A stretch of 64,000 nucleotides of DNA, taken from NCBI GenBank assembly GCA_020722095.1, contig DYLM01000001.1, forward strand, positions 49,152-113,151. Reading direction: 5' to 3'. A model generated the notes under the pieces. The model was not told the origin of the DNA, searched no databases, and was given only the letters and a program-made list of their open reading frames with translations. Both the position numbers and the translations under genes were made by a program. Below, in pieces: positions 39,137-50,241 of the stretch; position 1 is the stretch's first letter, and every line of letters begins with the position of its first letter. The DNA comes from Chloroherpeton thalassium (lineage in GTDB: Bacteria; Bacteroidota; Ignavibacteria; Kapaibacteriales; UBA2268).

Positions 39137-39331
39137 CTTAGTTTATTCAGGTAATTAAAAATAAGTTCGTCAGTAATATTTATCACTCAACACTCAACAC
39201 CCAAATAATGTTCAGATTAAACTATAAATTTTAATTTGAATTATTTGCTATATTTTCCAACAATTCAAAATAGGTTTAGAAATATTAGTTAATTTTGTAA
39301 ATTATTTGTATTCCAAATTGGAAAGAGAATT

Positions 39332-40531
39332 ATGTTAAAAAAAATTATTCCAGCTGACAGAACAGCTAATGTAACTTATGCAATTAGAGATATCATTGTA
39401 TTGGCTGACCAAGTGAAAAAAACCGGCAAGTCAATGTATTATTTAAATATTGGCGATCCAAATGTTTATGATTTTTCCACTCCACCCGAAATTATTGAGA
39501 CTATTCATCAAGCAATGCTTGACAATAAAAATGGTTATGCTTCCTCGATTGGAGAAACTTTTGCCACCGATGCTATCGCTCGCGATGCGTCTGCAAAAGG
39601 TATTCGCAATATTCAAACCATTTTCGTCACTTCGGGAGCAAGCGAAGCAATTGAAATTTGCTTGTCCGCACTTGTAAATGAGGGTGAAAATTTTCTGATG
39701 CCTACCCCAGGTTATCCACTTTATACTGCCATACAAAGCAAGTATGGAATGGAACCAAATCCATATTACTTATATGAAAGCAAGGGTTGGCAACCAGATA
39801 TCGAAGATATTAAATCCAAAATAAATAGCAAGACCAAAGCCATTGTATTGATAAATCCTAATAATCCAACAGGTTCAATAACCGATGCAGAAACATTGAA
39901 GCAAGTTATTGAATTAGCAGTAGAACATAATTTAGTAATTTTTGCAGATGAAATTTATGATAAATTACTATTGAATAATAGCAAATTAGTTTCAATTGCA
40001 TCGCTGAACGATCAAGTTCCTATGATAACTTTTTCTGGATTATCCAAGAATTTCTTGGCACCGGGTTTCCGTATTGGTTGGGGTGTGATGAGTGGTAATT
40101 TTGATTACTTGCAAGATTATTTAGAGGCAGTTCATAAATTACTACGAGCAAGAGTTTCGGCAAATCACCCATTGCAATATGCGATTCCTACAGCATTAGA
40201 CGGCAAAAAAGAACATTTGAAGGAAGTAATTGCAAAATTAGAAAGAAGAAGAAACATAGTAATGGACAAAATTGCAAATATTGATGGAATTAATCTTGTG
40301 CCACCGATGGGTGCTTTTTATGCGTTTCCATCGATTGATGTGGAAGATGACAACCATTTCTGTATGAATTTATTGCAAGAAACGGGAGTTGTAGTTGTAC
40401 CGGGGACTGGATTTGGTCAGAAACCAGGAAGCCATCATTTTAGAATAGTGATTTTGCCAACAGAAGATGTACTCGATAGTGCATTCAAGCTAATTGGCGA
40501 ATATTATTGTTATTATAAAACAAAATTCTAA
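39332..40531 (+). CDS. PLP-dependent aminotransferase, class I (alanine/aspartate aminotransferase-like)
   Basis: 399 aa. SGLSKNFLAPGFRIGW PLP-lysine region. Confidence 0.75.
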   Translation: MLKKIIPADRTANVTYAIRDIIVLADQVKKTGKSMYYLNIGDPNVYDFSTPPEIIETIHQAMLDNKNGYASSIGETFATDAIARDASAKGIRNIQTIFVTSGASEAIEICLSALVNEGENFLMPTPGYPLYTAIQSKYGMEPNPYYLYESKGWQPDIEDIKSKINSKTKAIVLINPNNPTGSITDAETLKQVIELAVEHNLVIFADEIYDKLLLNNSKLVSIASLNDQVPMITFSGLSKNFLAPGFRIGWGVMSGNFDYLQDYLEAVHKLLRARVSANHPLQYAIPTALDGKKEHLKEVIAKLERRRNIVMDKIANIDGINLVPPMGAFYAFPSIDVEDDNHFCMNLLQETGVVVVPGTGFGQKPGSHHFRIVILPTEDVLDSAFKLIGEYYCYYKTKF

Positions 40532-40560
40532 TAATTCAAATTATAAATATAAAAGAATAG

Positions 40561-41403
40561 ATGATGATTGCCCAAAAAGTCTATGAATTTTTTGTAAGAT
40601 TCAGAGATTATATTGTTTATACTTTATTAGTCGTAATATCACTTAGTTTAATTTCGCTGGGTGATTTTTCGTCTATTGGCGGGATGAGAGCATCAATCGT
40701 GGCAATTTTGGGTTTTATAAATGATAAAATTTTTATTTTTCCTAATGTTTCTGCTTTGCAAAAAGAAAATCAAATTTTACGTGAACTGAATATTGAATTA
40801 TCCAATGAAGTAACTGAAAATTATTTAGCCGAAAAAGAAAATAAACAATTAAGAAAATTATTAAATTTGAAAACAGACACTACAGCAAACTACGAATTTG
40901 CTGATGTAGTTGGAGTGGAAAAAATAGGAAACAAAAACTTCCTCTTAATCAACAAAGGAGCCGAGCAAGGTTTGAAATTTGGTATGTCTGTAAGGACAGA
41001 TGCAGGGCTAATTGGCACAATAGCCGCAGCAAGCAATGGATATTCGATTATCGAAACAATTTACAATGCCGATGTTCATATTTCTGTTTCATTAACATCT
41101 TCAAATACCAAGGGAATTCTTTCTTGGGATGGGGTGCAAGATTTAGTGATTGATAATATTCCTAAAACTCTAACTATTGAGAAGAACGAAGAAGTAATTA
41201 CATCAAATTTTAGTAGCAGATTTCCGGCTGATATTCCAATTGGACGAGTAAAAAGTATTGAAATTCCCAAAAGTTCTCTATTCTTTAGAATTGTTGTCAA
41301 GCCTTATTCATATTTTAGCCAAGTTCAGCAAGTGATTATTATCAAGGAACTACCCGACACAAACAAAGTAAATTTAATCAATCAATACTTTAAATTCAAT
41401 TAG
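40561..41403 (+). CDS. mreC: rod shape-determining protein MreC
   Basis: 280 aa. N-terminal transmembrane segment, coiled coil, C-terminal beta domain with GLIGTI. Confidence 0.65.
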   Translation: MMIAQKVYEFFVRFRDYIVYTLLVVISLSLISLGDFSSIGGMRASIVAILGFINDKIFIFPNVSALQKENQILRELNIELSNEVTENYLAEKENKQLRKLLNLKTDTTANYEFADVVGVEKIGNKNFLLINKGAEQGLKFGMSVRTDAGLIGTIAAASNGYSIIETIYNADVHISVSLTSSNTKGILSWDGVQDLVIDNIPKTLTIEKNEEVITSNFSSRFPADIPIGRVKSIEIPKSSLFFRIVVKPYSYFSQVQQVIIIKELPDTNKVNLINQYFKFN

Positions 41404-41408
41404 AGAAA

Positions 41409-41930
41409 ATGGTTTATCTACCTAAAATCAATTTTAGAAGAAATAAAAAGCAAATTGCATTGTTTTATAGTGCGATTTTAATCATATTAATTTTTCTTCA
41501 ATTAACTTTATTACCACTAATTGTAATTTATGAATCGCAACCTAATTTATTGAATTTATTGGCGATATTGATAGTGCTACGAGAAGGAAAGTTGATTGGC
41601 TTTCTTGCAGCATTTATAATCGGTATAATTTTTGATATTCTCACACTTCAAGTAGTGGGGGTGAGTTCTTTTGCATTTTTAGTAAGTGCTTTAATTGCAA
41701 GTTTTTTCTATCGCCAAGGCAAAGAAGAATTAGTCTTGGGTAGTTATAAATTTATTTTCATCGTTTTTATCAGTATTTTAGCATCAAATTTAATACAAAA
41801 TATATTTTATGTTCGTCTTACACAAGTGGATTTTTGGTTAATATTTATTTTCAAATGGTTAGGAAGCACAGTTTACACAACATTTATAGCACTTATACCA
41901 TATTATATAACATTTAAAAAGCGGCATTAA
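41409..41930 (+). CDS. mreD: rod shape-determining protein MreD
   Basis: 173-aa polytopic membrane protein immediately after mreC. Confidence 0.55.
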   Translation: MVYLPKINFRRNKKQIALFYSAILIILIFLQLTLLPLIVIYESQPNLLNLLAILIVLREGKLIGFLAAFIIGIIFDILTLQVVGVSSFAFLVSALIASFFYRQGKEELVLGSYKFIFIVFISILASNLIQNIFYVRLTQVDFWLIFIFKWLGSTVYTTFIALIPYYITFKKRH

Positions 41931-44900
41931 TGTATTTATCTAAATTAGAAATTATAGGATTTAAATCATTTGCAGACAAAACTACGCTTACGTTTCACGA
42001 TGGACTTTCCGCCATTGTTGGGCCTAATGGTTCGGGTAAAACAAACTTTGTAGATGCAATTAGGTGGGTTTTGGGTGAGCAAAAGACTTCAATTTTACGT
42101 TCAGAATCAATGGAAAATGTTATTTTCAATGGTTCAAAAAATCGCAAACCGCTCGGGCTATCCGAAGTGTCGATAACAATAATGAATAATAAAAAGATAT
42201 TGCCAACCGATTACGATGAAATTAATATTTCGCGAAGATTATTCAAAGATGGCGAAAGCCAATATCTCATCAATAAAGTTCCAGCACGATTAAAAGACAT
42301 AAATAACTTGTTTATGGACACTGGTCTTGGTGCTGATTCGTATTCGGTAATAGAATTGAAAATGATTGAAAATATTCTGAATGGCAACACAAACGAAAGA
42401 CGAGAGATTTTTGAAGAAGCCTCGGGCATCAAGAAGTTCAAATTAAATAAAAAAGATGCTACCAAGAAATTGCATAATGTAGAATTGGATATTGAAAGAA
42501 TTAACGACATTATCACCGAAGTTCAGAAAAATGTCAATTCGCTTTCCCGTCAAGCCGCCAAAACAAAACGATATAATACACTTATCAATGAATTAAAGGA
42601 AATTGAAGTTAACTTCTTTATTTACGAGATTTTGATTGGTCAATACAATTTGGAACAGAAGAATGTCTCCTACTTAAATCTTTCTAAAAATTTAGAAATT
42701 GGAGAAAATGAAGTTAAGAGTATAGAACAATTTCAATTAGAACTCAAAGATAAATATAATAAAACAGATGAGGAATTTCAAGAATTAACAAAACAGGAAA
42801 TTTCCACCAATAATGCACTTTCTAATTTAAATAATGATTTGAAATTGAACGAAGAAAAATCAATCAATCTTAAATCATTAAATAGTAGTTTGGTAAATGA
42901 AATTGCTGATTCTGACAAATATATAGAAAGAAATTCAACAAATATCGAGAATTTGAAGAAAGAATTTGTTGAACTGAAACTCAATATTGAAGAAAAAAGC
43001 AATGCTCTTAATGAACTTAAAACAACCGGAGCCAAGATCAGAGAAATATATCTTGATAAACAAAAGCAATTAGATTTATCAACCCAAAAAATAAAGGACT
43101 TAAATCAACAAAAGAGTTTTATCAATTCGAGCATTGCAAAATCAAAAAATTTGATTGACAGATTAAAAATTAGAATTAATGAAGAGCAAAACAAGTTAAA
43201 TCAATTAAACAAGCAAATATTTGATAATACAACTAATAAAGATACTCTTAAAATTGATTTTAATGAGTTAGAAAAAATAATTGTAGAGAAGAAAAACAAT
43301 CTTGCAAATTTAATTGAACTAAAATCTCAAAGCGAAAAATTAATTGAAGATTATCGGCACACAGAACTTGAATTACGAAATTTGTTGAATCAAAAGCAAA
43401 CGGAGAAGAATTTTTTAGAAAATATTGCAATAAGTGATAATACTATCAAAACTCTATTAAATAGCAAAACTTGGTCGCCAAAAGCAGAAAAACTATTGCT
43501 TGGTGAGATCATTAACATTGATGAAAAATTCAATAAAGCAATAACTATTGCAATGGAAAATGTTTTGTCATCGTTTTTGATTGAAGATACCCGTGACATT
43601 AATTCTGCTATCAGCGATTTGAGATTGAACAAACAAGGCTGGGCAAATTTTGCAATTAATCTGAACAAGCTGCAATTAGACAAAAAAGAAATTACGAAAT
43701 TGAATTCAGAAGGAATTCTTGGATGGTTGAGTGAATTAATTTCAACAAACGATAAATACAAGCAATTAATAGAAAATTTGTCTGCGAATATTCTTGTTGT
43801 GGATAATTTTGACAATGCAATTAAAATTATGGTTAATCCCGAAAGTAAAAATTTTGGGATTGAAAAAATTGTAACACTTGATGGTATTCTTATAGATAAA
43901 AGTGGTTTGGTGCGTGGCGGTGGCGAAGCGGCAACTTATAAATCAATAATGATTGGTCGTAGAAATAAGATTCAACTTCTCAACGAACAAATCGACAAAA
44001 TTAAACAAGAATTAATAAATATTCAAGAAAAATTAAAGACAGAACAGAATAAAATTTGGCAATTTGCTATTCCTGACAAAGAATCCGAAGTTAAGCAATT
44101 GGAGAATAAATTCAATACAATTCGTCAAGAAATTTTGCGACTTGAAAATAAAATTGAATTCACAAATAATAGCAAACAAGCAACCGAAAATAATTTAAAT
44201 CTGATAAATGCTGAATTAGCCGAAAAGTTGAATGAAGAAACAACTGGATTTGACGAGATAAGTTCAATAGATGAGAATTTGGTTCAATTATTAAATCAAC
44301 AAAATTTACATCAAAATGATTTTAATCAAGTTAAATTGCAGTTAGAAAATAATCAGAAGGAATTACGAAATCTCGAAATTGAAATAGCAAGGCAAAACGA
44401 AAGACAGAAACATACCGAAAGCGAAATAAACAAGTTAATTGCTTTAACCGAAAATGCAAAAAAACAATTAATTTACAAGCAAAATGATTTGGAAAAGAAC
44501 AAATTAGTGCTGGAGCAACTATCGGAAAATCATTCAAAATTTGAAAACAACATTTCAACTATTAAAAATGATTTATTACTGATTATTGAACAAAAGAATA
44601 TTAAGCAACAAGAAAGAAAAAATCTACAAGAGCAATTAACACAATACGAAATAACATTAGATACTGCAAGAAAGCAATATCAAAAAATATTGAATGATAT
44701 TCATTCAATTGAAATTGAATTGACTTCGATTAAAACTAAACTTCAGAGTGTAATTGAGCAATCAAACGAGCAATACCAGATTGATATTTTATCAACTATA
44801 CAAGAAAAACAAGTAACTTTAGAACACTTCACAGATTTTGATAGTGCTGAAGAAAAGAATAAGATTCATCAACATAAAGAAAAAATCTCAAGTTTGGGTA

Positions 44901-45496
44901 ATGTTAATTTCCAGGCATTGGAAGACTACGAAGAGCAAAAGAAACGATTGGACTTTTTGCTAACACAAATGAATGATTTGCAGAAATCTCGCGAAACATT
45001 AAATGAAACAATTGCTGAAATTAACAAAGTTGCCATTGAAAAATTCACCACAACTTTTGAGCAAGTAAAAACTAATTTCAAGAATCTGTTTAAAGTATTA
45101 TTTGGCGAGGAAGCAGAAGCAGATTTAGCTTTAGATGGGGATTCAGTGCTTGATTCCGATGTTATTATCACAGCAAAACCACCATTCAAAAAGCCAGCAT
45201 CAATCGATTCGCTATCGGCAGGAGAAAAAACTCTAACTGCTATTGCACTATTATTTTCGATTTATCTTGTTAAACCAAGTCCTTTCTGTATTTTGGACGA
45301 AGTTGATGCCCCGCTTGATGATTCGAATATCAATAAATTCATTACTTTAATTAAGAAGTTCAGCAATGACAAGCAAATTCAGTTTATTTTGATTACCCAC
45401 AATAAAAAAACAATGGAAGCCGCTGACTTATTGTATGGTTTAACAATGGAAGAAGAAGGCGTGACAAAAATAGTTTCGGTAAAACTTGAAAAATGA
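41930..45496 (+). CDS. smc: chromosome segregation protein SMC
   Basis: 1188 aa. Walker A GPNGSGKTN; long coiled coils; C-terminal LSGGEK-like SAGEKTL and Walker B ILDEVDAPLD. Confidence 0.9.
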   Translation: MYLSKLEIIGFKSFADKTTLTFHDGLSAIVGPNGSGKTNFVDAIRWVLGEQKTSILRSESMENVIFNGSKNRKPLGLSEVSITIMNNKKILPTDYDEINISRRLFKDGESQYLINKVPARLKDINNLFMDTGLGADSYSVIELKMIENILNGNTNERREIFEEASGIKKFKLNKKDATKKLHNVELDIERINDIITEVQKNVNSLSRQAAKTKRYNTLINELKEIEVNFFIYEILIGQYNLEQKNVSYLNLSKNLEIGENEVKSIEQFQLELKDKYNKTDEEFQELTKQEISTNNALSNLNNDLKLNEEKSINLKSLNSSLVNEIADSDKYIERNSTNIENLKKEFVELKLNIEEKSNALNELKTTGAKIREIYLDKQKQLDLSTQKIKDLNQQKSFINSSIAKSKNLIDRLKIRINEEQNKLNQLNKQIFDNTTNKDTLKIDFNELEKIIVEKKNNLANLIELKSQSEKLIEDYRHTELELRNLLNQKQTEKNFLENIAISDNTIKTLLNSKTWSPKAEKLLLGEIINIDEKFNKAITIAMENVLSSFLIEDTRDINSAISDLRLNKQGWANFAINLNKLQLDKKEITKLNSEGILGWLSELISTNDKYKQLIENLSANILVVDNFDNAIKIMVNPESKNFGIEKIVTLDGILIDKSGLVRGGGEAATYKSIMIGRRNKIQLLNEQIDKIKQELINIQEKLKTEQNKIWQFAIPDKESEVKQLENKFNTIRQEILRLENKIEFTNNSKQATENNLNLINAELAEKLNEETTGFDEISSIDENLVQLLNQQNLHQNDFNQVKLQLENNQKELRNLEIEIARQNERQKHTESEINKLIALTENAKKQLIYKQNDLEKNKLVLEQLSENHSKFENNISTIKNDLLLIIEQKNIKQQERKNLQEQLTQYEITLDTARKQYQKILNDIHSIEIELTSIKTKLQSVIEQSNEQYQIDILSTIQEKQVTLEHFTDFDSAEEKNKIHQHKEKISSLGNVNFQALEDYEEQKKRLDFLLTQMNDLQKSRETLNETIAEINKVAIEKFTTTFEQVKTNFKNLFKVLFGEEAEADLALDGDSVLDSDVIITAKPPFKKPASIDSLSAGEKTLTAIALLFSIYLVKPSPFCILDEVDAPLDDSNINKFITLIKKFSNDKQIQFILITHNKKTMEAADLLYGLTMEEEGVTKIVSVKLEK

Positions 45497-46578
45497 TTAA
45501 TTTTGAAAAAAGAGGAATATATATGTTAAGAAAACATTTCAAACTAATTGCTATCTTACTAATTCTATTAGTAAATACATCTACTTTTTTGGCTGCAGAT
45601 AAATTTGCTACCAAAATTACAAATTCAACAGACAATTCTGTAACTCTACAACTAACAAATGATGGCTCTGCTATTAATTTGTATATTGCTGAATTTAATA
45701 CAGAAATGGTGCAACCAAATTTATCAGAAAAAAAATTATCAAATAAAATTGATGCTTCCAAAATTGATTTTAAGAAAAATCAAAGTATGGAATTAGGTAA
45801 ATTTAGTGATAAGTCTTTTAGTTTAACTTTGGAAGGCTTGCCAGCACAAACAAAATTTGCTCTTTTTGCATACAAAAAAGGTGGTGCAAAATCAGAATTA
45901 GTTAGCAAGATACCATTCTTTACACTTGCCCCCGAACCTAAAAAACAAGTTTCTGCAATTGCATTTTCCAATGTAACCGAATCCTCAATTAAAGTACTTT
46001 TTGCACAAGGCACAGGTGAAGGTAGAATAGTTATTGCAAGTAAAGATAAAAACATAACTAAACCCGAAGATGGCAAAACATACATCGCAAATCAAAAATT
46101 TGGCAGTGCTGATTCCAAAATTGGTAATGGTTTTGTAGTTGCAAATTTAAAAGGCAAGCAAAGTTCTGTTGAACTAAAAGATCTAATCTTTGGCACTTAT
46201 TATTTCCAAGTATTTGAATACAATGGCAATGGAGATTTTATTAACTATAATTTGAACGAAGGGAACGGAAATCCGCGTTCAAAGGAATTGAAATTAAAAA
46301 CACCGCAAGTAAAAGAGCCGACAAGAATTACCGAGACAAGTTTTATTGCAAATTGGGAAAAAGTTGAGGGTGCTACTTCTTATGTAATTGACATTGCAAC
46401 GGATGCAAAATTTGTGGATATTGATGAAATTTACAATAACTTGGATGTTGGAGATATCGATTCAATGGATATAGTTGATTTGAAAAGTGGTAAAGAATAT
46501 TATTTTAGAATAAAGGCAATTAAGCCAGGCAATCAAAGTAATTATTCTGAAACCCAAATTATAAAATTGAATAAATAA
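45493..46578 (+). CDS. secreted protein with Fn3-like repeats
   Basis: 361 aa. The likely true start is the second Met at 45523 (signal peptide MLRKHFKLIAILLILLV). The C-terminal half has two Fn3-like modules (..TETSFIANWEKVEGATSYVIDIA..GKEYYFRIKA). Confidence 0.55.
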   Translation: MINFEKRGIYMLRKHFKLIAILLILLVNTSTFLAADKFATKITNSTDNSVTLQLTNDGSAINLYIAEFNTEMVQPNLSEKKLSNKIDASKIDFKKNQSMELGKFSDKSFSLTLEGLPAQTKFALFAYKKGGAKSELVSKIPFFTLAPEPKKQVSAIAFSNVTESSIKVLFAQGTGEGRIVIASKDKNITKPEDGKTYIANQKFGSADSKIGNGFVVANLKGKQSSVELKDLIFGTYYFQVFEYNGNGDFINYNLNEGNGNPRSKELKLKTPQVKEPTRITETSFIANWEKVEGATSYVIDIATDAKFVDIDEIYNNLDVGDIDSMDIVDLKSGKEYYFRIKAIKPGNQSNYSETQIIKLNK

Positions 46579-46588
46579 AGGTATTCTT

Positions 46589-47119
46589 ATGAAACACATT
46601 AATATATATATCAAGGTTTCTTTGGTAATCTTAATTAGTTTTTTCTTGGGTTGCAAAGAAAAAGTAATCGAGCCTGATGCTATGCCAATGACCGTAGATA
46701 AATTGTTAGAAACACCGGGCTACACTTGGGTAAACGAAGTGTTAGCCACATATCAGCCCGATACTGCAATTTTCAATCAAATCAAAGAATTAATTGACAC
46801 AAATAGACATAAATTTGTTATATTTGCTCGTGCATCTTGTTCTTGCCCGGGCGAGAAAAAAACATTTGCAGAAACAATAAAGATATTACGAGATTTGAAT
46901 TTTCCAGTATCAAAGTATGAGATTTATGCAATGAGTGCAAGAACAAACAACAATCCTTATTCCAATATTGTTAATCTCAATCAAATTCCCGAAATTGTTG
47001 TTTTCAAGGACGAAGTACCAATTTATTATATGAGCGATACTTTAGACCAAACAATAAAATTTGAAAAAACTTATCCAATCACAGCAGAGCAATTAATATT
47101 GGAAGCATTGAAGAAATAA
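46589..47119 (+). CDS. hypothetical lipoprotein
   Basis: 176 aa. Lipobox FFLGCKE. Confidence 0.5.
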   Translation: MKHINIYIKVSLVILISFFLGCKEKVIEPDAMPMTVDKLLETPGYTWVNEVLATYQPDTAIFNQIKELIDTNRHKFVIFARASCSCPGEKKTFAETIKILRDLNFPVSKYEIYAMSARTNNNPYSNIVNLNQIPEIVVFKDEVPIYYMSDTLDQTIKFEKTYPITAEQLILEALKK

Positions 47120-47146
47120 AAATTTTTTTAAGAGTAAAAATCAAAA

Positions 47147-47178
47147 AGGCTAACAAATTAATGTTAGTCTATTTTTTT
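47147..47178. terminator. bidirectional rho-independent terminator between convergent genes
   Basis: 9-bp stem AGGCTAACA/TGTTAGTCT (one G-U pair) flanked by an A-run on the left and a T-run on the right. It overlaps the stop codon of the minus-strand lptF/G gene. Confidence 0.5.
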
Positions 47179-48561
47179 ACTTGCTGTTTTTTTAAGTGGT
47201 AAAATTGCTGCAATATTGAAAGTTTCGAAATTAACTCGGATAATTAGAAAAATTGCAAATACAGAGATAACTATATTTCCCAGCCACATTCCTAAAACTG
47301 GACTAAGGAAATTTCTATCAGCCAACTTCTCACCACTCATTAAAAATATCCAGTAAAAAATATAGAAGCCTAAACTGAATATTGCACTCACCCCGAAATT
47401 ACCTCTGCGAATAACAATTCCCAGAGGAGCACCGATAAGCACAAATATTAAGCAAGCCAAAGGAATAGAATATTTCTTTTGGATTTCAACAATGTATTGA
47501 TTTTTTCTTTTTTGTGTTGTTTCAATCATATTTGTAGTTGCAAGTAACGAACTATGCAAGAAATCTGCTTGTAATTCGGCATTTCTTAGTGCATTTGCTT
47601 TAAGTTTTGTTATTGAATCTTTCAGTTTAAAATCAAATTTTGAATTTCCTTGATAAGTTGTTTTCCCTTTTATAAGAAAATTATAGTTTGATTTAACAAT
47701 GTCAAGAAATTCGTTTTTCCTAAGGTTCAATGTAGTATCCAGACCCGCCACAAGTTTTTCCATATCGTTAATGTTCAATTCACGGTCACCTCGTGAAAGC
47801 ACATCTGCAGCTGTCCTTTTGAAAGCAAAATCCTCAACAGGAATTTTCACAATTAATTTGGAAAAATTAATAATGCGATAATCTTTTTGATTTGAAGCAA
47901 AAGATTGATGAATTTCGCCATTGTAAAGCGATAGAATCATTTTATCAAAATTAGAGTTAGGACGAATAAAACCACTATCTGCATTTATAATATTCTGTGT
48001 GTTGATTTTGGAATTATCAAAAATCGTCAATGAAAGCATAGTTCCAGTTGTTGGGTCAATTTTCCGGGCAAGAATAGTATATCCATTTAACTGCGAAGAA
48101 AATTGCCCTCCTTCTAAAGCAAAAGTAGGTTTCTTGCGAGTAATGTCGGACATCAGAACTTTTGCTTGATGATTCGATTCGGGTAAAATATAATTATTAA
48201 ACCAATACACAAAACCCGTTAGAACTATGCCCCAAAAAATAACGGGACGAATCATATATGCAAGACTACCACCGCTGGATTTGATTATTGCTACTTCTGA
48301 ATTTGAAGACAAATTCCCAAAAGTCATTAAAGTTGAAAACAAAACGCCCATTGGAATTGCAAGCACCAACATCCAAGCTAACTGATATGTAATTACTTGC
48401 ATTATTATCCAAATACTCAAACCTTTTCCCAGAAATCTATCTAAATAGTTAATCAAAAATTGCATTAAAAATAAGAACATAATCAATGCAGTTCCAAATA
48501 AAAATGGAGCAATGTGTTGCTTGATTATATAACGGTGTAGAATGTTGTTAAAACTAAACAT
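47164..48561 (-). CDS. LptF/LptG-family (YjgP/YjgQ) lipopolysaccharide export permease
   Basis: 465 aa with six transmembrane helices and a central periplasmic domain. Confidence 0.75.
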   Translation of the reverse strand: MFSFNNILHRYIIKQHIAPFLFGTALIMFLFLMQFLINYLDRFLGKGLSIWIIMQVITYQLAWMLVLAIPMGVLFSTLMTFGNLSSNSEVAIIKSSGGSLAYMIRPVIFWGIVLTGFVYWFNNYILPESNHQAKVLMSDITRKKPTFALEGGQFSSQLNGYTILARKIDPTTGTMLSLTIFDNSKINTQNIINADSGFIRPNSNFDKMILSLYNGEIHQSFASNQKDYRIINFSKLIVKIPVEDFAFKRTAADVLSRGDRELNINDMEKLVAGLDTTLNLRKNEFLDIVKSNYNFLIKGKTTYQGNSKFDFKLKDSITKLKANALRNAELQADFLHSSLLATTNMIETTQKRKNQYIVEIQKKYSIPLACLIFVLIGAPLGIVIRRGNFGVSAIFSLGFYIFYWIFLMSGEKLADRNFLSPVLGMWLGNIVISVFAIFLIIRVNFETFNIAAILPLKKTASKKID

Positions 48562-48595
48562 TTTGATTAACTAATTGAATAAGATTATTGAAAGA

Positions 48596-49915
48596 TTATC
48601 GGTTATTGCCATATTGATATTTGTCTGAAACCATTGATGGAGAGAGCAATTTAAAATCACCAAATCCATTATTATCAACAAAAATAAATTCCTTACCATT
48701 GGAATACAACCACCTTTCATATTGACGATTAGAGTTATAATAATCTTGTCTTTTCTCAATAGATGCGGGCTTGCCATAAACGATATACACAATTCCCATA
48801 TCAGTTTGCCAACCTTGTGCATAAGAACGGAACTTGGAATTAGCATATTCAACTCTTTCGTAATATTCTTCGAAAGCCTCGTTTCGCTCTGTATTAGGCG
48901 TTGGGTCTAATTCGTCCCAGAATTCGCGGAAGCGATTTAACTTTACTTCATAGCTTGGAGCATCTTCGATATATGAAAGTTGGGCATTTGTAGCAACAAA
49001 TCTCATTTGTTCAATCGCTAAATCTAAATTTTCAATAATTGTTCCAGATAAAGTAGGGATATACGAAATTGTCCTTTGCGAAACAGCAAGATATTCACTC
49101 TCGGAAGCTACTGCATCATTTGACTTCTGCAAAGCGATAATTTTAAGAAAATAACTTCCAATTTTCAAATTATTTAGTTTGTTGATTTTAATATAATTTT
49201 GGTTTGTTCCTTTCGGGATTAATTTTGTAATCCGTGAGCTTTGTTCAATAATTTTATCGCCATCTAATATTTGGTAAATAAAATCAATTGAATCGGATTC
49301 TCGCTGATTGTATACTTCGAAAAATACGAAAAAGCCATCTTCGAGATTTGAAATATTGTCGGATAAATATGGCGTAATACTTGCAGAATTATCTGAATCA
49401 AAAATGGAACTAACAAGCAAAAGACCGCTAAGTGAAAAAGGAAATTTATTATAATCTATAACTGAAATCTCACGGGATTTTTCTAACTTCAAGTGCGAAA
49501 TCATATCCTCGATAATTAGTGAGATTTTGTATTCACCCGAAGTTAAATATAATTGATAGAAAGATGCATCAAATTCAGCATTTGCTCCTTTACTTTCTTC
49601 ATAAGTTGAACTTGTAATATATCTATCAGATGATTTAGATTGAGCCAAATTACCATATTTATCATAACAATTTATACTTACTTGATAGTGAGCTGCATAA
49701 ACATTTGATTCATTTCTCACGAAAGTTACAATTTGATTGGGAACAGCTAATAAAATATCTACTCTTGCTTCATCAATATTTTCCACATTGTCAGCTTTGA
49801 AGACAATAGCATCAAAGTAAAATTTCGGAGAATTAGTCTCTAAATTTTCTGCAATAATTAATCTGCTACTTAAAATAAATAAGACTAAAAAAATGTGTGT
49901 TATTTTTATTTTCAT
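48596..49915 (-). CDS. GWxTD domain-containing secreted protein
   Basis: 439 aa. Signal peptide; C-terminal GWQTDMGIVYIVYGKP motif. Confidence 0.75.
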   Translation of the reverse strand: MKIKITHIFLVLFILSSRLIIAENLETNSPKFYFDAIVFKADNVENIDEARVDILLAVPNQIVTFVRNESNVYAAHYQVSINCYDKYGNLAQSKSSDRYITSSTYEESKGANAEFDASFYQLYLTSGEYKISLIIEDMISHLKLEKSREISVIDYNKFPFSLSGLLLVSSIFDSDNSASITPYLSDNISNLEDGFFVFFEVYNQRESDSIDFIYQILDGDKIIEQSSRITKLIPKGTNQNYIKINKLNNLKIGSYFLKIIALQKSNDAVASESEYLAVSQRTISYIPTLSGTIIENLDLAIEQMRFVATNAQLSYIEDAPSYEVKLNRFREFWDELDPTPNTERNEAFEEYYERVEYANSKFRSYAQGWQTDMGIVYIVYGKPASIEKRQDYYNSNRQYERWLYSNGKEFIFVDNNGFGDFKLLSPSMVSDKYQYGNNR

Positions 49916-50241
49916 AATTTCTTTTTTTACAAAATTAACAAAAAGAATAATTATTCAATTTTTTTTATTAAATTGTGTTTTGAAAATGATGATATTTGAA
50001 AATTTATTTTAGTATGATTGTAAATTGAATCTTTTTTGGTAATTTAGAAATATATTAAATTTAAATTTATTCTAATCGTCAAAAAAAATAAATTTTAGTA
50101 TAAATTAATTGTAAAATTGATTAATAATCTTTATAAAATAATCATCAATTTGTGTGAGACTATTATAAGATACAGTTAAACGATAAAATTTGAACTAAAT
50201 TTAATTCTTAAATTTTTTTTAAATTAATTCTAAAAAAAGTT

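Noticed and set aside
37449-39140. tRNA-Pro as an integration site for a mobile island (tRNA followed within 1.5 kb by a MITE)
   Set aside because: No integrase, no direct repeat of the tRNA 3' end, and no compositional shift. The downstream genes (PPi-PFK, aminotransferase, mreCD) are housekeeping.
38945-39154. 69-aa ORF (...SFPRKWESINPLWQWIPVCTGMTL...)
   Set aside because: It lies entirely inside the 129-bp MITE-like hairpin element. It is a translation artefact of the GTCATTCCCACGAAAGTGGGAATC repeat.
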